This document shows, one piece after another, positions 35,401-47,818 of a DNA stretch of 64,000 bases. The notes under the pieces were generated by a model. The model saw only the letters and a list, made by a program, of their open reading frames with translations, ran no database searches and was not told the origin of the DNA. The position numbers were made by a program, and so were the translations under genes. Numbering within the stretch: the stretch's first letter is position 1; each line of letters starts with the position of its first letter. Source of the DNA: Corallochytrium limacisporum Hawaii (taxonomy: Eukaryota; Protista; Pluriformea); NCBI GenBank assembly GCA_002811645.1, contig PDIP01000073.1:229524-293523 (forward strand). The letters are read 5' to 3'.

Positions 35401-37431
35401 TGGCGAGAGCCAAGGGGGGGGCAAGGAAGGATGGGTTGTCTCTCGCTGTGGAGCACGGGTGTGATAGGAGAGGCCGCTGCCCCGGGGTGCATCGGTGTGG
35501 AGTCAGCAACACATACACATACTCGCACGTACGTACATTCCTCTCGCACACGCACGCACGGATGTGAGAGACTGGCGCAGCGTGTCGGCATAACTCGTGT
35601 GTCGGGTTTCCGTTGACCTGTTTTGTCCCGGATTTGTCATCCTCTGTTGTCGATCCTCCACGCTGTGCTGCGGGGGAGAGAGACAGAGAGGGCCAGGTTG
35701 TGATCGGCACTGTCAGGTCAAGAGACAATGATCCCTTTCTGCAGTAGTGATCAGCTAACGAGTGGCACGCCAGGTCATCATGGAGCACGGCACGCCTCAC
35801 TTAACCACGCAATGCACACCTAAGGCGAGATGGGCCACTATCACACATGAAACAGACGAAAGGGGGAGACATGAACAGCACGCAGGGCCTACGCGGTCTT
35901 CAGCGTATGGTGGTGGTGGTGGTGGTGGTGATGACGATGACGGTGGCGACAATGTCGAGGCCTGAGGAGATGTTCGGGGACAGGCAACTGTAAACAAAGT
36001 AATGATGGGCAGAGGCCGCAGCCACATTAACACGCCGTCAACAACCCATCCAGGTCCCTTGTGAAAATGGTTGCGATGACCTACATCTGTGCTGCCCTGT
36101 GTGTCCCAGGTACCACCGTTGTTGCCTTGCTGTTAATGTTAATACCTGGCTCCTAGCATGCACATATATGTTCGGTCACAGCAGTCCTTAGAGCCTAGAT
36201 AACGGGAACGCTAGGTGATGAAGACCAAAGGGTGACACACTGTAAGTATGATAGAGGTCGATGACAACGGAGTTGGACAAAAACCTGTGATGGCCTTGGT
36301 CGACTAGAAGAGTCTTGTTTGCCGGTGAATCGTTTTGTGGTTCACTTCCATGGTGCATCATCTTCGTTCCCAATTCGCGCTGAACGTCCAATGTAATAAA
36401 TTATGCGTAGGTGATCATCCTGGTGTGTGTGAGCACGCGGGGTGCTGCCTTGTGCGTGCGTTTTTGTTGGGATTTGGTACGTACACGGAGTATTAATATG
36501 CATCAAACACTGCCTCAGCACCGCCAGCACACACGGCGTATGCACACACGCACACAGACACACACATACAGAACATGCTAATGGCTTTCAAATGCCATGC
36601 TGATGATGTCACATACCCAGGCCACGGTCACTATGTGTGAGTGAGCGCATGCAGTGTTTCATATCAATATCTGTGGAGGCGCTTTGTTCCCAACAGATGA
36701 AAGGCACTGCTGGTGGCTTGGGAAAGTTCTTGGGAGCAGGACGAAATTGGATGCGCAGAATGACAATCCCACATTGCGTAGAACCGACTGACCGGCTCAG
36801 CGCTTTAACGAAGGATTGGTAGCGCACGACTTGGGAACTTCGCAAGCATCGTTCCAAGGAGCAACTTCGGGGAATGGGTAAAGAAACATCTTGGGTACCC
36901 ACCTATGACGGTTGCCGGGCCTCAACAGGCACCGTCCACCGCGCGACCGCTCCCGCCTCTTGATTATGTATGCGGTCCACACTTTTTGAACATGAAAGGA
37001 AACACTTTCATCATCAGACTTCCAATGTCCCACAGAGCATTCTTGTGTACGCCAATGTGAATGCAGTGCTGTACTGGAGCACCAATCCCTGACTTTCCCA
37101 TGCCATCGGGGTGGGACCGGGGGAGGGCCGCGCCAGTACCCCGATGGGCTGGTTTGCTATATTCGAATTTCTTGAATCTCTGCACCCTGATTCATTTCCA
37201 CCGCACAGACCGTCCCAACGGCTGGTGGCGGGACGCGTGGCGGTTCACAGCTTATTGTGACACAAGGGTACATCAGGATCATGAACATGTTATATGGAAC
37301 AAAAGAAAAGCCTTCTTAAGCTATATTCTTTTTAAGCTTCTGGAGAAATACGTTGGATTGCTTTCCACTTAAATGGCGTAGTGTTCAAGAATGTGACAGG
37401 AACAACGAATCTTAGTCAACGAGGCAAAACA

Positions 37432-37881
37432 ATGGTGCTCAAGAAATTCATGGCCGACCTGAGCCGAGCCGCGCAGAACTCTGCGACGCAATTTAAAAAG
37501 TCTGCAAATACCCTGCAGTATGAATCGGGAAAATTATACGACGCTGTGGTGAAAGGAACATACACGCAGAGAGCCACGGTGCCGTTTGTGATCACACAGG
37601 ACATGAAGCAACAGTTGTACAAGCTGGGGTACGGCCCGGGTCACATCAAAATGATCACGCCTTCCTTGGCACATCACTTGATCCGGGAGCAGGAAAAGTT
37701 TGACCTGGACAAGTTTGTGCTCTTCATCGAGGAATTCCGGGATGCAGGTGCCGGCCGCTCCGATCGGCTGGCTCAGAGCAACAGGGATAGAATCAACCGG
37801 GGTGGCAACCCCGTTGCTGGTCAACAACAGCCATCCACGGCTGATCAGGGTGCGAATCCATCACGCTCAGATAAATCATAG
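37432..37881 (+). CDS. Uncharacterised protein with VPFVIT..MK..L..LGY...IK..TP..AH motif
   Basis: acaATG context, coding-like composition, convergent with KANSL2 across a 96 bp gap. Confidence 0.7.
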   Translation: MVLKKFMADLSRAAQNSATQFKKSANTLQYESGKLYDAVVKGTYTQRATVPFVITQDMKQQLYKLGYGPGHIKMITPSLAHHLIREQEKFDLDKFVLFIEEFRDAGAGRSDRLAQSNRDRINRGGNPVAGQQQPSTADQGANPSRSDKS

Positions 37882-37977
37882 GCTAGATGAATCCATGAAA
37901 GTAAAGAACGTGTGAATATGACACACAAAATGAAAAAACTACTCAATTAATTCTTTAGTTCAGAAATCGCGGTCACT

Positions 37978-38514
37978 TCAGTCATCCTTTACCGCGTCCC
38001 CAGTCGTGGTATCCGCGGCTTGCTGGGCCGCTGGCTCAGCGGTCTGCTCCGCTTTGGCAGCGGCATATACAGCATCAGCGCCGTCTTGTGCCTTCACTTC
38101 AACGTCTGAAGGCGGGGCCTGAGGAGCGGCATTCGGGCCATCCTTGTCCTTGGCTTCATCGTCCAAGTCAGCTTCGGAGGCAGTGCGCTTGGTGCCCGCT
38201 GCAGCAGCAGGGCCGTCAGATGGTTTGGACTCTGCCTCAGCAGGACCATCCACGTCCATGGGCTTCGCACCGTCCGCAGGAGCAAGATCCGAAACGGGCT
38301 CTTCACCGGCAGCAGGCTCTGTGTCTGGTTTGTCGCTCACTGCGGCAGTTGCTGTTTGCGTCATATCAACCTCCTTGCTGTCCACCGCTGTGGTCTGCGG
38401 CGCGTCAACCTCCTTACTATTCACGGCCGTGGACTCAACCTCCTTCGACTGTTCTTGCTCAGGGTCCTTCTTATTCTGCTGCTCCTGCTCTAGTTCTGGC
38501 TCCTGCTCCTGCTT

Positions 38515-38550
<36 letters not shown>

Positions 38551-41043
38551 TGGCTTCTGCTCCTGCTCTGGCTTCTGCTCCTGCTCTGGCTTCTGCTCCT
38601 GCTCTGGCTTCTGCTCCTGCTTCTGCACCTTCCCTTGCTCGGACTCTTGCCCCTCCTTCGATGCCTCGGTGGTTGTGGCCTCGGTGGTTGTGGCCTCAGT
38701 GCTCGGCTTGGATGCTGGAGGATCTTCCTTCGGCTTTTCTGGTGCCTCTGGTCCCTCAGCTGCTTCCTTCTGTACCTTCGACTCCGAGGCCTGCGACTCT
38801 GGTTCCCCAGATTTCGGGGCCTCCGATTGGGTGGGCTCCTGTGTCGTTGCCTCTGCATTGGGTGCCTCCGATTTGGGGGCGTCCCGCGTCGGTTCGACCG
38901 GTTTCGATTCCTCCGATTTCGAGACGTCCTCCTTTGAAACTGAGGCTGCAGACGCTGAGGGGGGTGTTTGTGCTGCTGCTGCTGGTTTCACAGTCGCAGC
39001 CTTAGCCATGGCGTCTGGCTTGCCACGTCCGAGTCCTGCAACGGGAGCAGCTGGGGTGGTCTTTCGCTGCTGATTCGCTGCGCCTTTACCAGACAGGGCT
39101 CCTTTGCCACTGCGGCCGGCCATGGCAGCGCCCTTGCCGCCTTTACCACCACCAACAGGGGCCGTGCTCACGGCAGTGGCCTTCAGGTTAAAGTGCACCT
39201 CACATAGCACTTGATTTGAACCAATCAACACAGGATTCACACACCGACGACCATGCTCCATGAACTCGCACTGCAAGTACATGACCTGGTCCCGCTCGTA
39301 GAGAATATGCTTAAAGCAAAAGCGCGCAGCAGGCATGGCCCGTCGGTTGCACGTCGACGACGCGCAACGGTTGACGTACGTCTGCTTGCTTGCCCGCTGC
39401 TGCTTCTGCTCCTGCAGCACCGCGTTCAAACCCCATGGCCGACGGTATTTCTCAGCCTCCAGGTCTTCCGGTTGCATTTCCTCCTCGCCTGCCTCCGCCG
39501 CGAGGGCAGCTTGCACCTTCTTACCTAGCGTGGCCTGGGACATGCCGCGCTTGCCCACGGCCTGCGTGGGAATGAGGTTCTTACTATACACTTTGTACTT
39601 CGCTCGCATCAATTCCTGGAAACGGTAATACTGCGATTTGTAGAGATCACGCAGCTGTAACAGCATGTCCCTGCGGCGACGGACCATCTCTTCCTCAGTC
39701 CAAGCCTCAGCGTCCCGCAGCAGATCCTCGTCGTCGCTTTCGAGATCCAGATCATCCGCACTGTCGCTGTCTTCGTGTCTACGCCAGGCCATGTCCACCT
39801 CATCCATTTGATGCAGCCAGCGAGTCTCTTCAAGGTCTTGGTCCTTAATGATGTCTTGCTCCTCATCGCTGGACGGAGGATCCACAAACATCATTCCGCG
39901 CAGATGGGGCACCTTGCCCGCCATAATGGCGGCTGCCGCACTCGTGGATCCAGCCTTGGCCGCGACTGCCGGTGGAATGCCCGTGCCACCTTTGGCAATG
40001 TGTTGCTTTGCCGCAGCCATGATGGCAGCCGCCCTCCGCTGTGCCTGTTGCTGAGCTTGGTTTGCTAGTACTCCCATCTGAGCGAGTTTCATCGCATGCC
40101 CGGCCTCCTTAGTGAGCTCTTTCTTACGCTCCATCATCGTCTGGGCAATGCTCTCCACTGCTCTTGCCATACTCTGTTCTTTACCATCCATAGCATACGC
40201 TGCTTGCAGCATGCGTTGTTGGCCAGCCTGGGTCACCCTCGTCTTGGCCGTCTCGAGACGGTACTGGACCATGGCTTTGCTACTGGAAGGGATGCCAAAA
40301 CGACGCAGTTCCTCACCGATTCGGGCCCGGCGCATCTTTCGCTCTTCATCGTAATTTCTTCCGGTCTGAACCTGGGATCCCGACGGTGGTGCATGTTTCA
40401 TATGTAAACTGCTCTCGAGAGTCGCAATCACACCGTTGTCAGCTCCAAATATACGGTGCTGGCTAAACAAGGGCTCCCGTTCTGAGGCTTCTTTACGTTT
40501 CTTATTAGCTCGCTTCGCCATCTTTGACCCTGTGCCCTGTGCTGAAGAGGGCTGCATCCGTGCTGCTGCTGCGGCTGCAAGAGCTTCTTCTCGTTCTTGT
40601 TTCTTCTGTAGCGCCTTTTGTGCCAATTCAAGTTTCTTTTGCTGGAGCAACCGCTCTCGCTCCTTTTCACGCTCCCGTTCGAGCTCTCTGGCCCGTTGTT
40701 CCTCTTCCTTCATGCGCTTCTCCTCCAATTCAATTTCAACTTGCTTTGCCTGAGCCGCGTGTGCTGGGCATAACAGAGCTTGACCCTCTTTGGGCTTTAC
40801 AGATGAATTACACTGCTTTCCGTCTAGCATGTGCGTACATTGTTTGAACCCGGAGTCTGGATCCTCGCTAATATGACTAATGCAATACTCATAGCCGGCA
40901 ACTGGAGTTTTGCTACACTCCGGCTCCCGCTTAGACTGGCATCCCGGTGTTGAGGGTTTGTCCTCTTCTTTAGTCTTTTGATCGGCTGGCTTCGTGCCAC
41001 TGCCCTGAGGATTAGCCTCAGGCTTATTTTCTGTTTCCACCAT
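37978..41043 (-). CDS. KANSL2: KAT8 NSL complex subunit 2 / INO80D family (zf-C3Hc3H)
   Basis: Two Cys/His domains (C..C......YC..HI...F.QC; C....C....P...FC..HI....Q.MY..C), DDEDLLRDAEAWTEEE..L.QLRDLY..Q, YRR.WG..A.L; long low-complexity tail. Confidence 0.8.
38482..38626 (-). repeat. Coding minisatellite: (QEQKPE)n and (QE)n
   Basis: 18-nt and 6-nt tandem units inside KANSL2. Confidence 0.9.
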
Positions 41044-41067
41044 GACTCTTCAAGAGACGTGGTCTTG

Positions 41068-41266
41068 CTATTAATTAAAATTTAGACCATGTTCAGTCGC
41101 CCCAAAGAACAATTCACATAATCTCTGTGTTTAGGTTACGCAATTCATTTCTTGCCCCTGAAGGTATCGAACGCAATGAGTGTCGGAGGTCCTTTTATTC
41201 GTTGAATGATGGTGCATGAGTACATAAATAAATGATTTGTCGCTCCAAGTCCTCAGTCTGACATAC
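41068..41266 (-). other. Candidate 5'-UTR intron of KANSL2
   Basis: CAG|GTATGT at the GC-to-AT transition; TTTTAATTAATAG ends 25 nt before the ATG. Confidence 0.45.
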
Positions 41267-41434
41267 CTGCAGTCCACCAGGCGCAAGAAGAACGCGACTG
41301 TCCCCACAGGCCCGGCGAAGTAGTGCTTGTCCGTCTTTGCGCGCGCGGGACCTACGCGGGCACTCCCGTAGAAAATAAAGGTCGGCTTCCCCTCCCCTTA
41401 CCCAAGTGTGTTTCTAGCACATGCCCGGGAACTT

Positions 41435-41453
41435 CCCCCCCCCCCCCGGGGGG
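41435..41453. promoter_or_regulatory. poly(C)-poly(G) palindrome (C13G6)
   Basis: ~400 bp upstream of the KANSL2 ATG; flanks GGGAAC/GTTCCC extend the symmetry. Confidence 0.4.
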
Positions 41454-44400
41454 TTCCCCTGAAAAATAGATCCCTACTTCAGGTACATTTTGTACGTACG
41501 GTTTGAAATGGACCGGCCGTGTACGCCAATGACCTAGCTTTGGAATCTCCGCTCGACCAATGGGATGACTGGTAAGACATTTCACGGAACTCCGACTTTC
41601 CGTGGTTAATGTATGGGAAAAATGTTTGGCAAACTTTGATGTTTCACTTTGATTCTTTTTATTCCGCCCTACCATCCCCACCTGTCCAGGTCTTCGCTCC
41701 AGCACGGATGTGAAATTATGGACAAACAACGCTGTTGTATTGTTTTCCAATACTTTCATCATCAGACGAGAATTGGCCCAGAGTCCGGGATAGCTGGACA
41801 GTTCGGAGCCTCCTGGGCCCTTCTCTACCCGGCCAACGGGTAACCAGAAACACCACCATCCAGGAAGACTTGTGTCAGAAAAGCTATAGATTTCCTATGA
41901 CAACAATCAACCTACTGTGGGGGTGGGTTGGGAAGGAGGAGGCAGAAAGCAAGGATCGGTGCTAGATTGTCTCGTGTCTCGACTTCAAAAGCCCCGGGAG
42001 AAGTCTCCCTGCTGGCGAGGAGGAACGGTGAACCCCGCGGTGGCGGTGGGGTGTGAGTGTGTGTGATTTCACGCTTGTCGTGCCGCGCATGTGTTACGGT
42101 AGATTCACTATGAAAACAGCGATGGTCCCGAAGACGCGGAAACGAGGGTTTGACGCAGTTTGGTCCGGGAGATGATCACACCCCTTTTCCTTTCCCTGAG
42201 TTCACTATGGTAGAGGACGAAGGGGAACGCAAGGCGGACGCAGATGGCGTAATTTTTCTTGCGCCTGCTCACCCGAGGACACGACTGCTTGAGTAGTGAA
42301 AGTATGGAGGCGGCGAGGTTCTCCTCCGTTCACAGTTGCAACACTGCTGCCAATTTTCTGATAATCATAAACATCACAGATGGTACCTTTTCATAATCAA
42401 CATATGGGAACGACCGTCTGTGGGTGATTTGTTTCTGGGGAAACTTTCGTCTGGAATGGGAGAAAACGGCGGTGGTACCCGGCAGTTAATTATAGGTCTA
42501 TCGTATACTGGATTCCGTATGTGCATACTAAGTAAACCGGAATATTAATAAAGACTTAACAACCACCCAAAAGAGGACACATGCAAACAGGTTCTGGAGC
42601 CGACGAGCTGCTGCTCAGTCCTTTTCTCCTTGGTTTCTATTGGCTGCCCAGCGGTAGGCGACGAGGTTTTCTTTCGAAACCAGTGGGCTTACCGCTCTCG
42701 CTCGCACTCTCCTTTTTTTTTTTCCAGTGCGTCGCAGGACAAGAAAATCCAATAAAGGATCGTGGAGTTGGTCAATGTTGGGCCCATACTTTCATTTCCA
42801 CCATTGCTTCCATTCCGGTTAGGGATTTGAAATGTTTGAAAAATGAAAACACACACACGGTTGCTCCCCCTCACCCTTTCCTCCCAACACCTTCTGCGCG
42901 CTCGGGGGTTGCCCGTGGGTGCCGGGGCCACCTACTTCCTCGGCGTGGAATGGTCCTCCTTCGCTAAGCAATCGAAAAAGCTCTTACCGACAGACCCGTT
43001 GCCCCCACCCACTTAACCGCCCGCCTTACCCGCCTATCGGGACGAAAGGTGCCATTTGTTTCAAAAGGACAAACTACGAATGCCCGCAAACAAAAAAGGG
43101 AAGCAGAAGAAAAGAGAGACAAGGCCAAAGGGGAACGAATTAAAAAAAACCAAAAACCAAGGTCAACCCAAAGCCCAACGGTGGGAGACAGTTGAACGAG
43201 TCTTGAGAAAAGATGAACCGATCCAAGCGAATAAAACGGGCAGGGTGGATGATCGGTTGAGGAAGGAAAAAAAGGAAAGTGGGACGAGCGAGGGAGGTGG
43301 TGAGAAGTGGTTCCATAGAAACAGCGTCCCTAATCGCCTTGTGCGTTTTGCCTAGTTCATTCAGTATACAACCCCACGCCACTTCGGGGGAACGGAAGGC
43401 AAGGCAGAGGGACCAGAGAGTAGAAGAGCTGAGGCCAGGACCCGTGCCGGGAAGACAGCAGTCGGTAGGGCGTGTGGAGAAAGTATGGAACTGCCGAGTA
43501 CTGAAAGTATCGAAAATCTTGGACAAAGGGCTGGACGCGCGATTGGGAGCGTGTAGATCCAGGCGAGAGGTTTCTTGCGACACTGAACTGCACGTACTCT
43601 GTTCGGTAGTGAAAGTACTGAAGAATGGACAGAATCGGACAAAATCGAAAAAGTGAAAGCCTGGAGAGAGGTGAAGGAGGGAAAACAAGGAGGGAGAGAA
43701 CCGGGGAGAGCCCCGAGCGGGGGGGAGGGGGGGAGGAGAAAAAAATTTTCTTCCTTCCCCTGTTTGTGTTATTTGGGTCATCGGATGGCCATACACTCGG
43801 TACCCAAAATGGGATACCCCCCTCACCTTCAGGGGGTTGGGGAACGGTCCTCAATCATTAACTCTCTGGTTTCCTCGCGTTCCGTTTCTTCTTCGCACCT
43901 TCCTCAATGAGTTTTGTTCCCTTATTCGGCAAAGCCGACGAACAAGTGACCGAAAAGGCCCCGTCACACTGAACGTTAAATTCGGATGACATACGTCTCC
44001 TTTTTTCTCAGTTTCGGATTTTTAGTAGTAAATGTAATGACTGGACACGTCAGGTGAATCACAAAGCGACTGCCTGAAGGTGAGCTCCAGGACCAGACAG
44101 TGTACCAATGGCCGTCTCGGAGGCGAGGGAGAAGGCTGGGGAAGGGGAAAAAATTATCGACATATGACACCCGTCCGCCTCCGCCCCCCCCTCCTCCCCC
44201 CCTCCCCCTTCTTGTTGAGCACGGCAAAGACAAGTTCTCGCACCACCGTGTGTGCGCGGCTGCGGCCGAACCCATACTGAAGAACAGGAGAAAAATGACG
44301 GGTCCACTTGCGGTGGGAGGACACTGCATAAAATGATAGCGATGGCACTAAAGTAAAATGTGGTTTCTCTTCGCCCAGGGGGGTTCTGCGGAGTTACAAG

Positions 44401-44942
44401 TAGTAGTTGTCCTGGGAGTTCTTTGTGGACAGTGGTAGACTCTTGTGAGGGTGTGTGGCACTTACTGTATTCCATGGAGCGTGTTGGTTGTATTTTTCGA
44501 CAGTGCAGAACCAGGAGTTTGTAACGTTATCGAACAACAATATACTCCGAGTAATGGGTTTGTGCGTATTCTGGTGTGGTTTTTGTGCACCCCGGTGTAT
44601 GTGCATCGGGTGGCGTCCCTGAGACCTGTATGCAGGTATTTCGCGTACCATACTGTATGACAATACTATGCACAACCAAAGAAATTGTCAACTATTCTGC
44701 GGGTTCAGATGTAACCGGTGTTGCCCAATCATATCAACAACAACTGGGCAGAGAAAAATTACGAAACCAACCTTTACGTCCGGCCAGAACCAACAGCCTG
44801 TCCGTAGAAACAGGATCAGTGAGTTGCGGGCAATTCATTGAACACGACAAAGGGGCATTCTACAATTCCGAAGTTATTAGCGAACAATAGAACAGAACTA
44901 GGAAGAAAGCAGATAAGGACACAGACCATAAAAACAGAAACT

Positions 44943-46976
44943 ATGGATCCTGCTATTCCTCGGTCAAGTTGGGAAGATGGCACTCCCGTGGCGCCTTCCA
45001 TGGCTGCCACTTTCGAGGGTGACCTGGGACAACCGTCTAGCACTAGCAATGTGCGTCCAGGCAGCAGCGACGACATGGCCATGAGCTCGAGCACGTTATT
45101 TACTAAGTCCAACGTGGCTCCCTCAGCAACTAACGGTATCACCAACGGCAACGGCTCCCCAGAGTCTCCAACTCCACCGCCGTCAGCCAAGAAGAAGTTC
45201 GGTGCATGGGATGGTGTGTTTGTCACAGTCGCGCTAAACTTAATCGGCGTCATTACGTTCCTGCGTACGGGTCGCACAGTGGGTGAAGCTGGTGTCATTG
45301 AAGGCTTTCTTATTATCACAGTGGCCATGTCTTTCTCCCTGTTCACTCCCATGAGCATGTTTGGTATCCTCAGTCACACATCCATCAAGGGTGGCGACAT
45401 TTACCACATTCTGGCACACACAATGGGCATTAAGTTTGGTGCTACCATGGGTGTGACTTACATTCTGAGCCAGATGGCCATCATTGCACTTTATATTACG
45501 GGTTTTGCTGAAGCATTCAGCGAGAGCATGGGATGGGATGGTCCTTGGCCCGTGCGTTTTGTGGGCCTCGTAGCCCTTGTGGTCCTCGTCGGGTTGGTGG
45601 CCATGGGTGTCGGTTGGGTTGTGCGCCTACAGATCTTGTTCATTCTGGCAATTTTGCTGGCTCTTTTGGATCTGTTGATTGGTGTGTTTGTTGTCGAGGG
45701 CTGCGACCCCACAGACCCCAATTGCAACCAGGTAGTCGGATTGGGCAACAGCGCCTTCTCAGACAACGTTTTGCCAGCGTACACGGAGGGAGAGAACTTT
45801 TTCACCATTTTTGCAGTCTTCTTCCCGGCTGCCAGTGGTGTGTTGGCGGGTACCAACATCTATAAGGACATTCGCAACCCGTCCGAGAACCTACCAAAGG
45901 GTACGATCTGGGGTGTGATCTCCACCTATTTCCTGTACGTACTGATTGCCCTCCTGTTGGCCGCTGTTGTTACTCGCGACGGTCTCATCAACGATCCGCT
46001 CATCCAGGCTGAGGTCTCTCTCGTGCGCTGGCTGTATATTATCGGTGTCTACCTGGCTTCGTTGTCCAGTGCACTGACTACCCTATGCGGTGCCCCACGT
46101 GTGCTCCGTTCAATTGCCATGGAGGGATCTGTCCCGCTGATGAAGCATTTGGCTCCGGGTACAGGCTCCAATGATGAGCCTCTGCGTGCCCTAGCCTTTA
46201 TATCTCTGGGTACCTGTGCGTTGTTGTTTATCGGTCAGCTTGACATCATTGCACCTATTGTCACCATGTTTGTTATTCTGGCCTACACCAGTGTGAATTA
46301 CTCCTTCTTTGCTCTGATGCAGGGAGGTTCCCGTGACGAGGATGAGAAACGCGGTAACGGTGAACTTGACTCTGGCATTGACATTGAAGTGGAAATCAAG
46401 GAGCCCGAACCCACTTCTGGCGGTCGCTTGCCTTCCCCACGTCTGCCCAAGTCCCTGGCCGCCCCGGTACGGGGTGTGAAACAAATCTACGAGTTATCCG
46501 AACGGATTGGTGAACTGCAACTGCAGACTGGTGACATTGACGTCAATGACACCCACGGTGAGCCCTGGACCAAGAAGTTCAAGTACGCCAACAAGTGGGT
46601 TGCACTAATCTTTGCCCTGTGGGGTGTGTGCACTATGTTCCTGATCAACTGGATTGCCGCTTTGTGCGCATACGTGTTTGTGGCCATCATCTATGTCTAC
46701 ATCATGTATCTGAATCCGTACACTACTCCGGGTGCTGCCAAGTATAGTCTGCTGCGTGCTTTCAAGCAACTTATGTGGAACTGGTGGGTCGGCTTCAAGT
46801 ATGTTGTTACTGGCTGTCGCAAGAACGACAAGACTGAGTTTGTGCAGGTCACAGGACTCCGTAGTGAGGACGAAGGCCCAGCGACCGGAAACGGTGGTGG
46901 CCTCGCCATGCAGGAGAATGTCGGTGGCGATTGGGTCGAAGCGGAAGACTCCACGAGCGAAAGCGGTGGAATGTAA
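44943..46976 (+). CDS. SLC12A8: Cation-chloride cotransporter family member CCC9
   Basis: FGAWDGVF...FLRTG, FAVFFPAASG..AG.N..D...P...P.GT, GAPRVL; hydrophilic insert before the last TM pair and no large CCC C-terminal domain, as in SLC12A8. ATG at 44943. Confidence 0.82.
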   Translation: MDPAIPRSSWEDGTPVAPSMAATFEGDLGQPSSTSNVRPGSSDDMAMSSSTLFTKSNVAPSATNGITNGNGSPESPTPPPSAKKKFGAWDGVFVTVALNLIGVITFLRTGRTVGEAGVIEGFLIITVAMSFSLFTPMSMFGILSHTSIKGGDIYHILAHTMGIKFGATMGVTYILSQMAIIALYITGFAEAFSESMGWDGPWPVRFVGLVALVVLVGLVAMGVGWVVRLQILFILAILLALLDLLIGVFVVEGCDPTDPNCNQVVGLGNSAFSDNVLPAYTEGENFFTIFAVFFPAASGVLAGTNIYKDIRNPSENLPKGTIWGVISTYFLYVLIALLLAAVVTRDGLINDPLIQAEVSLVRWLYIIGVYLASLSSALTTLCGAPRVLRSIAMEGSVPLMKHLAPGTGSNDEPLRALAFISLGTCALLFIGQLDIIAPIVTMFVILAYTSVNYSFFALMQGGSRDEDEKRGNGELDSGIDIEVEIKEPEPTSGGRLPSPRLPKSLAAPVRGVKQIYELSERIGELQLQTGDIDVNDTHGEPWTKKFKYANKWVALIFALWGVCTMFLINWIAALCAYVFVAIIYVYIMYLNPYTTPGAAKYSLLRAFKQLMWNWWVGFKYVVTGCRKNDKTEFVQVTGLRSEDEGPATGNGGGLAMQENVGGDWVEAEDSTSESGGM

Positions 46977-47380
46977 AACAACAGCAGAACATACTTCGTC
47001 AGCGTCAGCATGTGTTTCATTAGTTTTCAGGGATGGCAAAATTGTTTGCAAGAGCTTCCTCCTGGCATTTCATTTTCATTACATACATCATTTTTTACAT
47101 TAAACCATCTGTAGACAGAGACAGTCTGTCCCTTGGACGTGCGTGCCTTTATTGACTGGCGTTTGTGTCCTCAGCATGCATAAACCCTTGTGCACACAAC
47201 GGGATCTCACACCACTAGGGAACAATCAGGGTCGCCCGAGGCTTGTTCGCAGACCGTTTGCGAGCACTGCGGGCATATCCGGTTCTCGTTACCGACCAGA
47301 CAGGGGGAGGGGCTGGTCCAGTGGTACCATAGAACGCAAAACGGAAACCCTCTCCCCTCTTTCCATGCCAGCGCCCTCCT

Positions 47381-47397
47381 CCCCCCCCCCCGGGGGG
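47381..47397. promoter_or_regulatory. poly(C)-poly(G) palindrome (C11G6)
   Basis: ~420 bp upstream of the POC1 ATG. Confidence 0.4.
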
Positions 47398-47818
47398 ACC
47401 TCCTTGCCCCCCTCTCACGGGAATATTTGCGCGCCAAAAGGCTCTCCATTTTGCCCTTCTTTGCTACCGTTTTCCTTTCGAGTCCCTGCAGAGAGTGCCA
47501 GTCCGTGGAGAAGGGGCCCGGGGATGAAGAAAGCCAGAACGGGAAAGGGTGGGTTGAACTGGCGGGATGAAGATTGAGTGTGCTTTGGTTCTGACAGATT
47601 CGATTGTCCGTTCCGGATGAACATTTCGTATGGTTTGCAGCTTTCATAATGTAGACAGTGACATGTATTTCAGATTTTCACTTTCTCCTGCGCAAGGCTG
47701 TGATTATGGACCTGGGCAATAAATGAACGACCTAGACGACCCCGCAGAATTGATCACTGCATAGGACAGGTTACATTGTGGGACACTCGTATTACAGAAA
47801 AAGGGAAACAGAGACAGC

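Noticed and set aside
38482-38626. Regular repeats as a possible CRISPR-like array
   Set aside because: No spacers; these are in-frame coding minisatellites in a eukaryotic gene.
37004-41767. Shared 16-mer ACTTTCATCATCAGAC (complement contains CTGATGA..GAAA)
   Set aside because: One 16-mer match is near chance level in 64 kb, and there is no room for hammerhead stem II.
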